NCBI GenBank assembly: GCA_045805065.1
Contig: JBJMMA010000144.1
Span: forward strand, 1 to 44,978
Reading direction: 5' to 3'
Source of the DNA: Bdellovibrionia bacterium
GTDB taxonomy: Bacteria; Bdellovibrionota; UBA1018
Length of the DNA: 44,978 nt
Part shown: positions 35,155 through 44,232 of the stretch, in pieces
How the letters are laid out: every line of letters starts with the position of its first letter
How positions within the stretch are numbered: the first letter of the stretch is position 1
Notes under the pieces: generated by a model
Told to the model about the DNA's origin: nothing
The model's database searches: none
Seen by the model: only the letters and a program-made list of their open reading frames with translations
Translations under genes and position numbers: made by a program

Positions 35155-35170
35155 AGCAATAAGCATTCCG
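35155..35170 (-). promoter_or_regulatory. sigma54-like element driving the peptide and enzyme pair
   Basis: CGGAATGCTTATTGCT on the minus strand. Confidence 0.6.
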
Positions 35171-35241
35171 TCAGCTCGGCCGCATAATAGTAGGTAAATA
35201 TGTCTTATTGATATCTCATTGCGGCCTGTCATTCTTTTATA

Positions 35242-35664
35242 ATGAGCAAAACTTACTTGTGGTTCGTGTTTGGATTCGTCGCTTTGTTTTCCCTGTCAGG
35301 CTGTTTGGGAAAAGTGGAGACCCAGGGATCAGGAGACACTTCGGCTAAAGTGTTATTGAGTCGCTGGTACACTTCCAATGCCGCGTGGTCAGTTGACCTT
35401 ACGGGTGGAAACGTGACGGGCTCAAGCTTTACCGGACACGTGATCTACTCCGACTCGTCGACGTGTAATTGCACTTTTTCATTCACGGGAAGCAATGACT
35501 CAGGCTCTTATACGGCCTCATGCGTGAATCCTTTGGGCACTACGGGCATGGCGGGAAGTAACTGCCCGAATTTTGATACGATCAGTTCTCCCACTTACTC
35601 GAACTCAGGCAAGACGCTGAGCCTCTGTCACAATGGCGGCTCCTGCATCACTTATTATCCGTAA
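35242..35664 (+). CDS. Cys-rich lipoprotein of unknown function
   Basis: Lipobox LSGC; six further Cys; beta-rich composition. Confidence 0.75.
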   Translation: MSKTYLWFVFGFVALFSLSGCLGKVETQGSGDTSAKVLLSRWYTSNAAWSVDLTGGNVTGSSFTGHVIYSDSSTCNCTFSFTGSNDSGSYTASCVNPLGTTGMAGSNCPNFDTISSPTYSNSGKTLSLCHNGGSCITYYP

Positions 35665-35685
35665 AGTCAGCGCACGCTGTCGCAC

Positions 35686-36792
35686 TCAGTTTGGAAGCAT
35701 GAGGGGTTTGGAAAGTGGATTCATCCGGCAACGACCTGCTGCCGCGCCTAAAGTGCTTGGATCCACGACGGATCCATCGAGCGCTTCTCCAGCTTGAGCG
35801 CAAGTCATCTCCTCGTTCATGTCCTGAACGCGGGTGAAGGAAATGTGTCGCTCTTTCAATGCCTGAAGTGAGGGCCTTTCGATCTCATCGCGGATCAGCC
35901 ACCATTTGCCACGGAAAGGCTGGACGCCACTTGGTCTTGGAATGGCCGCGTCCAGTGAATCAAAGGCAACGGTTGCGCAGTTATTATCCAGGAGTTTGTA
36001 CATATCCTGATAACCGGCATCTTTCGCGCGGACAATCGAAGTGACTAGAAAGTCACTCATGGCTTGGGGGTCCATTTTCAGCTCGTACTGGTGAACGCGG
36101 CTCTTATCGACTGCGATCTCCTCAACTCCGCGAGAGGTTGGGGAGAGAACCCGGGTTGCAATCCCGAAGTTCTTTCCTTTCAACACGGAGTATTCAATCC
36201 CTTTCGGGCGAGTCGCCGTGCTGGAGACGATCAGATCATCCACAGTCGCGGTCTCCGTTTTATTTCCGGCCTGCTCGCGAAGCACGATAGGCTGATTGAG
36301 CTTGAAACGGAACTGTCCGTGTTTGAATTGAATCAGTCCAAAGAGCACGCTGTCAAATGGCACTCCCTGAAACATGACAGAGGAAACGGCGTTCTTGGGG
36401 ATCGATGCGACCCAGTACTTTCCGTTATGATAAAAGTTTGCAATCGTAATTTGCTTATCGTCCTGCTTGAGAACGAGAGGGGGGCGCACGGTAGAGCCAT
36501 CGATGCATTGCCCATTATAGTCTCCGTAAGTGATCTTATAGGCCGGATCGTAAGGGTCCGTGGTGTCTTTGATGCATTCCGGAGCACTATCGTTCGGACC
36601 ATAAGCGCCCTTTACAGAAGACACATCGATCACATCCTGAGCGAGGTTCATGAGCTCCGAAGTTACAGGAGCAGCGTCGAGGGTGTGATCGCAGCCCACC
36701 TGATCTTCCGCCCAGGCAGAGCCTGAGGCGGTGCTAACCAATGCGAAAAAGGTCGGTAGAAAAAGATAACTAAAAACAGATGGCTTCTGCAT
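35686..36792 (-). CDS. secreted protein with DUF4105/Lnb-like papain-fold motifs
   Basis: Signal peptide ending in AWA; HGQFRF and YKLLDNNCAT, a permuted His...Cys arrangement. Confidence 0.65.
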   Translation of the reverse strand: MQKPSVFSYLFLPTFFALVSTASGSAWAEDQVGCDHTLDAAPVTSELMNLAQDVIDVSSVKGAYGPNDSAPECIKDTTDPYDPAYKITYGDYNGQCIDGSTVRPPLVLKQDDKQITIANFYHNGKYWVASIPKNAVSSVMFQGVPFDSVLFGLIQFKHGQFRFKLNQPIVLREQAGNKTETATVDDLIVSSTATRPKGIEYSVLKGKNFGIATRVLSPTSRGVEEIAVDKSRVHQYELKMDPQAMSDFLVTSIVRAKDAGYQDMYKLLDNNCATVAFDSLDAAIPRPSGVQPFRGKWWLIRDEIERPSLQALKERHISFTRVQDMNEEMTCAQAGEALDGSVVDPSTLGAAAGRCRMNPLSKPLMLPN

Positions 36793-36804
36793 ACCCCTGA
36801 TAAA

Positions 36805-36820
36805 AGCAAGTCAGGGACCA
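36805..36820 (-). promoter_or_regulatory. sigma54-like element
   Basis: TGGTCCCTGACTTGCT ending 12 nt before the ATG. Confidence 0.6.
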
Positions 36821-36971
36821 GGCGCCTCAATTCTCTGATAAAAAATCAAGCTCTGAAAACAAGGTGTTAGTGCACAGGAAAGACCCTAAATTCTTCCAAT
36901 CCAGTGGCCCCGGGCGCAACTGATTAATCAACTGTATACAATCTGGACACTCTTAGTGATATGCACTGCTC

Positions 36972-37313
36972 ATGAGCACACTTACGGAATTGAAGATTAC
37001 GGATACTCAAGTTGGAACCGGTCGCGAAGCGACAAAAGGCGCAAAAGTGACGGTCCATTACGAAGGTTTTCTTGAGAACGGAAACAAGTTTGATTCTTCC
37101 GTCGATCGGGGTCGCCCATTTTCGTTTGTCTTGGGTGCAGGAAAGGTGATCAAAGGCTGGGATCAGGGCGTGATGGGAATGAAAGAAGGCGGTAAGCGCA
37201 CTCTGCACATTCCTGCCGAGCTTGCTTATGGCCCACGTGCCGTGGGAAGCATTCCCCCGAATTCAAATCTGATTTTCCACGTCGAGCTCATTGAGTCTTT
37301 GGCTCGAGAATAA
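36972..37313 (+). CDS. FKBP-type peptidyl-prolyl isomerase
   Basis: VHYEG, FDSS, VIKGWDQG, AYG and IPPNSNLIFHVEL motifs. Confidence 0.97.
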   Translation: MSTLTELKITDTQVGTGREATKGAKVTVHYEGFLENGNKFDSSVDRGRPFSFVLGAGKVIKGWDQGVMGMKEGGKRTLHIPAELAYGPRAVGSIPPNSNLIFHVELIESLARE

Positions 37314-37333
37314 CAGGGCTCAAGAGAAGGTTC

Positions 37334-38026
37334 TTACTTCTTTTTCTTCTTTGTGGCCTTCGTTTTCTTCACCGTCTTCACCTTGATGACAGGGGGAAGG
37401 TCAAAGAAGTCGACGATGCCGGTGTCGATATCGTATTCGGCGCCGACAATCATCAGCTCCTGGTCACGGACCATCTGCTCGAGAAAGCGGCTTCCGTGAC
37501 GGAGATGATCTGCTGAAGCAAGAACATTGGCTCGGACTGCTTCTCGAAGGACCTCCTCTTTCTTGACAGAGCTCCTTTTTTTCTCGAACAAGCGATAAAC
37601 ATGGGGAGTAATCCGCTCCACGATGTCGCGGATGTTTTCCGAGATGACAGGTTTTTTGCTGTGAACGGCATCGTACGTCGCCTGAATTGCCCCGCATAGG
37701 GTATGTCCCATGACCACGACTAAACGAGCTTGAGTGGTTGCAGCTGCGAATTCGATGCTTCCGATCAGAGAAGGGGCGACCACATTGCCTGCCACACGAA
37801 TCACAAACAGATCCCCAAGTCCCTGATCAAAAAGTATCTCAGAAGGCGCACGCGAATCCGAGCAAGACAGGATGATTGCAAATGGACCGCGCGACTTAAG
37901 CAGCAGCCTGCGGGCGTCCTGAGGAATGGCAAGTTGCCCTAAACTTCGATTTTTGACGAAGCGTTTATTACCCTGAATAAGGCGGAGCAAAGCTTTGGAC
38001 GCAGGAATGGGTTTTGGTGTTCGCAT
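37334..38026 (-). CDS. beta-class carbonic anhydrase
   Basis: GNKRF, CSDSR, DLFVIRVAGN and GHTLCGA motifs. Confidence 0.95.
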   Translation of the reverse strand: MRTPKPIPASKALLRLIQGNKRFVKNRSLGQLAIPQDARRLLLKSRGPFAIILSCSDSRAPSEILFDQGLGDLFVIRVAGNVVAPSLIGSIEFAAATTQARLVVVMGHTLCGAIQATYDAVHSKKPVISENIRDIVERITPHVYRLFEKKRSSVKKEEVLREAVRANVLASADHLRHGSRFLEQMVRDQELMIVGAEYDIDTGIVDFFDLPPVIKVKTVKKTKATKKKKK

Positions 38027-38222
38027 AAGTGTAATCAATCTGCCACGGAACGGCTGCTGTTCCAAGCAGCTTTGTCCGGCAGCCGTTTTACATGCAGCAC
38101 AAACTTTGCAGCGTATTAAACCAGCACTTGTTTCATGAGTGGCTCCTGTCGGGTCAGAAGCTGCTTTTTCACGCTTTCCCTGTCTAGGCGGGCTTGGCCC
38201 GTTACGCAGTATAGGAGTATTT

Positions 38223-38753
38223 ATGTCTTTAAAAGTAGTTGGATTTAGACCAGGCGATGTTCACATTTCAAATGTGAGAATGAACTGGAGTACGATCTTC
38301 ACGGGCGCATGTCTTACTCTGGGGCTCGGAATATTTTTTCTGATGGTCGGAAATGCCATCGGTCTCAGTGTCGTCAATACAGTCAGAACAGATATCAGTG
38401 GAGCACTCAAGTTCTTCAGCTGGATCTACATGGCGATCACTTTCATCTTTTCTTATGCGGTTGGAGCGTATTTCTGCTCAAGACCCCAGGTCACTGATTC
38501 TCCATCGTCTGGATTAGTTCATGGGCTGACAAGCTGGGCTCTGGCTACGGTCGTATTTGTCGGGATCGCGGCGATCTCCAGCATCGGAATGAGAATTCTA
38601 CTGGCAGGACTGGCAAGCAACGCGGCCAATTGGCTGGCGGTATGTATTGTGGGTATCGGTGCCGTTGCTTCTGCAGTCAGCGGATACGTGGCCCATACTT
38701 CAGCGCGGATGATGGGTCCTTCGGACAGAGCTAGGGATCAGAGAGTGGCTTGA
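38223..38753 (+). CDS. four-TM membrane protein of unknown function
   Basis: AGGAG RBS; WSTIFTG...HGLTSWAL pattern. Confidence 0.78.
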   Translation: MSLKVVGFRPGDVHISNVRMNWSTIFTGACLTLGLGIFFLMVGNAIGLSVVNTVRTDISGALKFFSWIYMAITFIFSYAVGAYFCSRPQVTDSPSSGLVHGLTSWALATVVFVGIAAISSIGMRILLAGLASNAANWLAVCIVGIGAVASAVSGYVAHTSARMMGPSDRARDQRVA

Positions 38754-39372
38754 CCTTTGCCGGCTTGATCATGGCCGAGATAATGCCGGGGTCATCACGA
38801 TTCTCCGCGATCACAACTCCGATGATGTGAGCGATGACGAAAGCCAAAAAGAACCACATTACGGTCTCATGAGCTTCGTTGATCTGGTGCCGTGTTTCGC
38901 GTGTGATCCCGATTGACTCGCTGAAGGTCAGGGAAAGTCCGCTCAGCACCATGAAAAGCTGAAGGATGTAGAAAGCCAGATATCCGGTCTTGACCCCGGC
39001 GCTATGCACATTCCGAAAATCAAAGCGCTCTCTGAGTTCGCAGACTGCGTGCCAGCATTCGACCGCAGCATTTCGTTTATCCGTGATAAAGAGGACAGCC
39101 CGAAACAAGAGAAGTGCCGTGAGCCCGTATCCAAGATAGATGTGCCAGGTCCAAAGCTGATCCACCATTTCGCGGATGATGGGCTTTGCCGTAGAATCAC
39201 TGACTGCAATGCCTTTTGCGTTCAATTGAGCTACCAGATACCGGCTATGCGAGACCAGGCTATTGCGAAGGAAAAAGGTTGTGATGAGCCCAACTACAAT
39301 CGCCGCATCCAACCAATGCCAGATGCGGAGGCCTAAAGAATGTTGACGTGGGGCATTCTTTGGATAATTCAC
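38731..39372 (-). CDS. cytochrome b, Ni-hydrogenase/cytochrome b561-like
   Basis: RIWHW, WHIYLGY and HE...AHI His ligands in four TM segments; GTG start. Confidence 0.88.
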   Translation of the reverse strand: MNYPKNAPRQHSLGLRIWHWLDAAIVVGLITTFFLRNSLVSHSRYLVAQLNAKGIAVSDSTAKPIIREMVDQLWTWHIYLGYGLTALLLFRAVLFITDKRNAAVECWHAVCELRERFDFRNVHSAGVKTGYLAFYILQLFMVLSGLSLTFSESIGITRETRHQINEAHETVMWFFLAFVIAHIIGVVIAENRDDPGIISAMIKPAKVKPLSDP

Positions 39373-39428
39373 GAGAGGCTTCTCCTCTTTTCCAATACAG
39401 TATAGCTTAAGTCCGGGAGGAGTGCATT

Positions 39429-39866
39429 ATGGATCCAACTGCATGGGGAAGCTGGCAGGTCTTTGCCTTAGGTTCAGCGTTCTTTGCTGCGCTCACAGCG
39501 ATATTCGGAAAAATCGGTGTTTCAGAGATCCCATCAAATCTCGCGACTTTCATTCGAACGATTGTCATTCTCCTTGTTTCAGCCGCAATGGTATCGCTAC
39601 GGGGGGAGTGGAGACGTCCTGAGTCACTTTCAAAGCATAGCGTCATCTTTCTGATCTTGTCTGGAATTGCCACCGGGCTCTCCTGGCTTTGTTACTATCG
39701 CGCGCTTCAGCTGGGACCGGCGTCGCGGGTAGCTCCTGTCGATAAACTCAGTGTTCCATTGGTCATGTTGCTGGCTTTCCTGCTTTTGAAAGAAACCGTC
39801 AGTACGCAGGCTTTGATGGGCGGAGTGCTCATTGTTGCTGGAACGCTCATTGTTGCAATGAGTTAG
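39429..39866 (+). CDS. single-domain EamA/DMT transporter
   Basis: AIFGKIG and SWLCYYRALQLGPASRVAPVDKLS motifs; GGAGG RBS. Confidence 0.92.
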   Translation: MDPTAWGSWQVFALGSAFFAALTAIFGKIGVSEIPSNLATFIRTIVILLVSAAMVSLRGEWRRPESLSKHSVIFLILSGIATGLSWLCYYRALQLGPASRVAPVDKLSVPLVMLLAFLLLKETVSTQALMGGVLIVAGTLIVAMS

Positions 39867-39873
39867 AGGAGAG

Positions 39874-39889
39874 TGGCGAGCGGCTTGCA
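39874..39889 (+). promoter_or_regulatory. sigma54-like element
   Basis: TGGCGAGCGGCTTGCA ending 14 nt before the TTG start. Confidence 0.6.
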
Positions 39890-39903
39890 GTTTCATCAGG
39901 TGC

Positions 39904-40956
39904 TTGAAACCACTTCGTGTAGGCATCTTATTGATTGGAGTACTGGCGGTTCTGGCGGTTGCGATCCTTGTTCGCAATTTCCTCCTATTGGGGTTCGTCG
40001 GTCTTCTGTTCTCGGTACTCCTGAGCTATCCTGTGGGTCTTCTCTCTCGCTGGATGTCGCGAGGACTGGCGACGCTCATTGTCGTGATTTTAACTTTAGC
40101 GGCGACGGCGCGATTTTCTGCCGTCCTTGCTCCCAAGATCTCAGAGCAATTTCAGTCGGCGCTAAAATCCCTTCCAGCAGCGGTCAATCAGGTGGAGGGT
40201 TGGTTCCTTCATATTCAGAACACTAGTCCCGTAGCGCAGCTTTCTCAGGGTTCAAACGTTGCTGAACGCCTGGGCGATCGAGTCTCTCAATTTATCGACA
40301 CCGCAGCTCAAGCCGCTATTCCAGCAGCAAAAAGCCTCGTGGAACTGCTCTCAGTGATGGTGTTTGTCTTTGTGATGGCGGCATTTCTGGTCTACCAGCC
40401 AGAGTCTTATCGCAGAGGTCTGAAAAGGTTTGTCCCTAGGCATTATGAGCATATTTTCGACGAGACTTTTGATCGCCTGGGAATAGGTCTGCGCCATTGG
40501 CTCGGTGGAATCTTCATGGCCATGATTCTAATGGGTGGCTTTTGCGCGGCCGGGCTTGCCATTGCCGGAATCAATGATTGGCTGCTTTTGGGGTCCTTAA
40601 CTTTTCTGGGAACTTTTGTGCCGTACTTGGGCGCAATCTCCAGCGCGATCCCGGGACTTCTGGTCGCGCTCTCTCAGTCACCTCGGCACTTTCTTTATGC
40701 ATGCATTGTGTATCTTGGAGTGCACTTGATTGAGGGATATATTGTGCAGCCCTTTATCATGAAGCGCGCCGTCGAGCTGAAGCCTGTTGTCCTACTGATG
40801 GGGCAGGCGATTTTGACGGCGCTGTTCGGCGTACTGGGAGCGATCGTTGCGGCGCCTTTGCTGGTTTGTATTCAGATCACTTTGGAATACCTCTACGTGG
40901 AGCGGCATCTTGAAAAAGGCACGCAGCAGAAATCTGCGCTGCATAAAGCCGCTTAA
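39904..40956 (+). CDS. AI-2E family transporter
   Basis: FVPYLG, EGYIVQP and FGVLGAIVAAP motifs. Confidence 0.92.
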   Translation: MKPLRVGILLIGVLAVLAVAILVRNFLLLGFVGLLFSVLLSYPVGLLSRWMSRGLATLIVVILTLAATARFSAVLAPKISEQFQSALKSLPAAVNQVEGWFLHIQNTSPVAQLSQGSNVAERLGDRVSQFIDTAAQAAIPAAKSLVELLSVMVFVFVMAAFLVYQPESYRRGLKRFVPRHYEHIFDETFDRLGIGLRHWLGGIFMAMILMGGFCAAGLAIAGINDWLLLGSLTFLGTFVPYLGAISSAIPGLLVALSQSPRHFLYACIVYLGVHLIEGYIVQPFIMKRAVELKPVVLLMGQAILTALFGVLGAIVAAPLLVCIQITLEYLYVERHLEKGTQQKSALHKAA

Positions 40957-40967
40957 GATGGCTTTCG

Positions 40968-40983
40968 GGGTACAGGCCCTGCA
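40968..40983 (+). promoter_or_regulatory. sigma54-like element
   Basis: GGGTACAGGCCCTGCA. Confidence 0.4.
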
Positions 40984-41009
40984 GTGCTCCTGAGCCAGAG
41001 AAAAAACAA

Positions 41010-41825
41010 ATGAAAAAGCTGAGCCCCGAACAGGAAAGGGAAACGCAAGAGCGGATGGTTGCTCCTGCCCACATCGTTCACGAAGTGATTGTGCGCGAAG
41101 GAGATGAGGAGCTTGAGAGGTCTCCCGTTGGGCTTGCATGGTCAGGATTTGCCGCAGGCTTTTCGATCGGGCTCTCACTCATGACCGAGGGCTTTATTCA
41201 CCTTTCACTCCCCGAGTCCTCCTGGAAGCACTTGGTGGTAGCGTTGGGATATCCGATTGGCTTCATTGCCTTGATCATTGCACGACAACAGCTCTTCACG
41301 GAAAATACCCTGCGTGCCGTGGTTCCAGCTCTGGCAAACCCGAGCCGAAGCTCATGGATAAAAGTCGCGAGGCTTTGGGTCGTGGTGCTTGCAAGCAACC
41401 TTGTGGGAGCCTGGCTGTTCTCCTATCTGGTTGCCAGAACACCGGTCTTCGACCCTGACGTTCATGAATCGTTTAAAACGCTCGGGACGGAAGCAATGAA
41501 AGGGGAGTTTGGAACGATTTTCGTGAAGGCGGTGTTTGCTGGATGGATCATCGCTTTGATGTCCTGGATGGTCAGTAGTGCCGTCCATAGCAAACTTGCG
41601 GTTATTTTCCTGATGACCTATCTGATTGGCGTGTGCCGCCTTAAGCACGTCATCGCTGGCTCGGTGGATACGCTTTATCTTGTCTGGGCCGGGGGCGCCA
41701 CTTACGGCGAATATCTCATGAGATTCTTTCTGCCGACGCTTTTAGGCAACGTGCTGGGCGGCGTGCTTCTCGTCTCCATTGTGAATCATGCTCAAGCCAC
41801 GGCAGGGGATAGTAAGCAGAAATAA
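41010..41825 (+). CDS. formate/nitrite transporter family, YfdC type
   Basis: EGDEELER, QLFTENT, HVIAGS and LGNVLGG motifs. Confidence 0.92.
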   Translation: MKKLSPEQERETQERMVAPAHIVHEVIVREGDEELERSPVGLAWSGFAAGFSIGLSLMTEGFIHLSLPESSWKHLVVALGYPIGFIALIIARQQLFTENTLRAVVPALANPSRSSWIKVARLWVVVLASNLVGAWLFSYLVARTPVFDPDVHESFKTLGTEAMKGEFGTIFVKAVFAGWIIALMSWMVSSAVHSKLAVIFLMTYLIGVCRLKHVIAGSVDTLYLVWAGGATYGEYLMRFFLPTLLGNVLGGVLLVSIVNHAQATAGDSKQK

Positions 41826-41850
41826 ACGATGATAAAAAATGATTAATGAG

Positions 41851-44217
41851 TCAACCCGCGAGTTTCATTACTCTGAAATCTATCGGGAGGATGACGGTAA
41901 AGGTAGTTCCTTCCTTCGTCGAACTCTCGACCCGAACCAGGCCATGATGTGCCTCAGCGACTCCTTTGACGAGATTCAGCCCTAAGCCCCAGCCCTTGCT
42001 TTTTCCTTTCGCGGTCTTTGATCTCAGAAACGAGTCAAAGAGGTGAGACTGATCTTCCGGGGATATGGGATTGCCGAAATTATGGACCTGAAGCATGACC
42101 TGGCTGTCCAGTCGGAGGAGTCTGATGGTGATGGGGCGGGTGGTATCCCCGTATTTGGCGGCGTTTGATCCCAGGTTCTCGATCGCGCGCCGAAGTTCGG
42201 CGTAAGACCAGTACCCGATGAGCTTTGGGGGGACTTCGAAACGGAAAGTGACACCATAGGTTACGGTGAGCTCCTCGCAGACATCACGGACAATCTGACT
42301 GATGTCACATTCGCTGGGAGCAATGGCCAGAGACTGGCCAGCGTTGATTCGACTGACATCCAGCAGATCCTGAATCATTCGATCCGTGCGGTTCAGGAAA
42401 TCGACGCTTTTTGCGCACAAAAGGGTGACACGATCCGGATCGTTTGCGCTTCGGAGCGCAAGCTGGGTGCTTGTTTTGGCCGCCGTAAGCGGCTGGCGCA
42501 AATCATGAGTGAGGGCAAAGACAAATCTTTCGCGGACGGTACGCTCGTCTTGAAGCTGTTGAAGTGCGCGAATCAGATTTTCTTCAGCTTCCTTTCGTTT
42601 GGATATGTCCAGGACTACGGCGATATTCATTTTCGGCGCGCCATCACCGCTGCGGATGATGGAAACACTGAGCTCGACCCATAGGATGGACCCATCTTTG
42701 CGAATATATCGCTTTTCGTGGCGAACTTCGCCCGTGTCGCCATGGAGCAATTGAAAGGCGCTTTGGATATCCAGCTCCCGGTCTTCGGGATGGGTGACGT
42801 CGTTGGTACTCATTTGAAGAAGTTCGTCAGGCGTGTAACCGAGCATGGCGCAGTATTTCGGATTGACGCGAACGAATCGTCTGGAGATCGGGTCAACTTC
42901 TGCCATGCCGACAGGCGCGTTTTCAAAAATAGCTCGAAACCGCACTTCACTTCTTTCCAAAGCCTCTTTGGCACGCAGGAGATTTTCTTGCGCCACTTTA
43001 TCAGGCGTCACATCCTGCATGGCCCCGACCATTCTGATTGCTTTGCCAGTTTCGTCTCTTACGATGAAGCCGCGATCAACAATAAATCGATAATGGCCGT
43101 CCCTAGCTTTGAACCGGTACTCTTCCTTCCATCGGGACGAGCCTGTTTCGACTGCCTGGTGAATCGAGGTTTTGGCTTTATCTAGATCATCTGGATGAAG
43201 ATGCTCGACCCACCAATCCAGAGTGGTCTCCCGCAAATCTTTTGGATAACCAAATTGCAGCGAAAGAGCTTCGTTCCAACGGATTCGGTTATGATCAATA
43301 TCCCAATCCCAGAGCAAATCCTGGGTAGCGCTACTTGCAAGCCGAAAGAGCTCTTCACTCATCCTGAGTTTTCGCTCGGATTCTATCCTGTCTGTAATCT
43401 CAAGTGCGACTCCGGCAACATGCGAAATGCTACCGCTTTGATCCAGGGAGATTTGTCCCTGCGCGGAGACCCAATGAATCGAGCCATCCGGCCATACAAT
43501 TCGATGAACGACATCAAAAGGGTTTTTCCGCTCAAAGGCAGATTGTATTGCCTTTTTTAAAGGAGGAAGATCCTCGGGATGAACGCGTTTGTAGAAATCT
43601 TCGACTTTGCCGGTAAATTCTCCGGGGCCATAGCCCCAAAGCTCTAGCATCCGGTCGGACCAGACAAGCTCGCCAGTGCCCATGTCCTGATCGAAGACAC
43701 CGATTTTTCCAAATTGCAAAGCAAGTCTCAATCGTTCTTCGGTTCGTTTCAGAGCGGTAGCGGCTCGTGTAGCGTTCTCAACCATTGTTCTCGAATATTG
43801 TTCCGCAGCTGATGTGGTTCCGGTGTCAAGAAACTCCAGGATGATGTCTATTTCATGGATTTGAAGTTCAATTTCTTGCTCCAGAGTCTCAAAAATGATT
43901 TTCCGCAAAATCCTGTACTCTTGTAAAACTTGAGTTATGTCGTAGCCGCCCAAGGATGCTCGCTGTAGGGCATGCGTTTGGGCGTTACTCAACACGGATC
44001 CTCTATGAACTGACTTTTGATCAAGCGATTCGGCCAGCCCATCGAGCATAAAGGGGATTGTGTCAATCAAGAGAGGATCCGCTTTGTCCTTTGCAGCGGG
44101 GAGTTCATTTTTGACTTCAACTTTCCATCTTTCAATAAGAACCGCCTTGAACTGCCGAAGGCAATTTGCGGCATTGAGGCAGCGCTCAGAATGCGGAGAG
44201 GGTGGCTCGCTCGTCAT
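41851..44217 (-). CDS. cytoplasmic sensor histidine kinase with RsbRD_N-like domain, three PAS domains, HisKA and HATPase
   Basis: HALQR...QEYRILR; three HPE/DD PAS repeats; THDLRQPL, NAAKYG and GWGLGL. Confidence 0.93.
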   Translation of the reverse strand: MTSEPPSPHSERCLNAANCLRQFKAVLIERWKVEVKNELPAAKDKADPLLIDTIPFMLDGLAESLDQKSVHRGSVLSNAQTHALQRASLGGYDITQVLQEYRILRKIIFETLEQEIELQIHEIDIILEFLDTGTTSAAEQYSRTMVENATRAATALKRTEERLRLALQFGKIGVFDQDMGTGELVWSDRMLELWGYGPGEFTGKVEDFYKRVHPEDLPPLKKAIQSAFERKNPFDVVHRIVWPDGSIHWVSAQGQISLDQSGSISHVAGVALEITDRIESERKLRMSEELFRLASSATQDLLWDWDIDHNRIRWNEALSLQFGYPKDLRETTLDWWVEHLHPDDLDKAKTSIHQAVETGSSRWKEEYRFKARDGHYRFIVDRGFIVRDETGKAIRMVGAMQDVTPDKVAQENLLRAKEALERSEVRFRAIFENAPVGMAEVDPISRRFVRVNPKYCAMLGYTPDELLQMSTNDVTHPEDRELDIQSAFQLLHGDTGEVRHEKRYIRKDGSILWVELSVSIIRSGDGAPKMNIAVVLDISKRKEAEENLIRALQQLQDERTVRERFVFALTHDLRQPLTAAKTSTQLALRSANDPDRVTLLCAKSVDFLNRTDRMIQDLLDVSRINAGQSLAIAPSECDISQIVRDVCEELTVTYGVTFRFEVPPKLIGYWSYAELRRAIENLGSNAAKYGDTTRPITIRLLRLDSQVMLQVHNFGNPISPEDQSHLFDSFLRSKTAKGKSKGWGLGLNLVKGVAEAHHGLVRVESSTKEGTTFTVILPIDFRVMKLAG

Positions 44218-44232
44218 GAGTAAGTGTAACGC

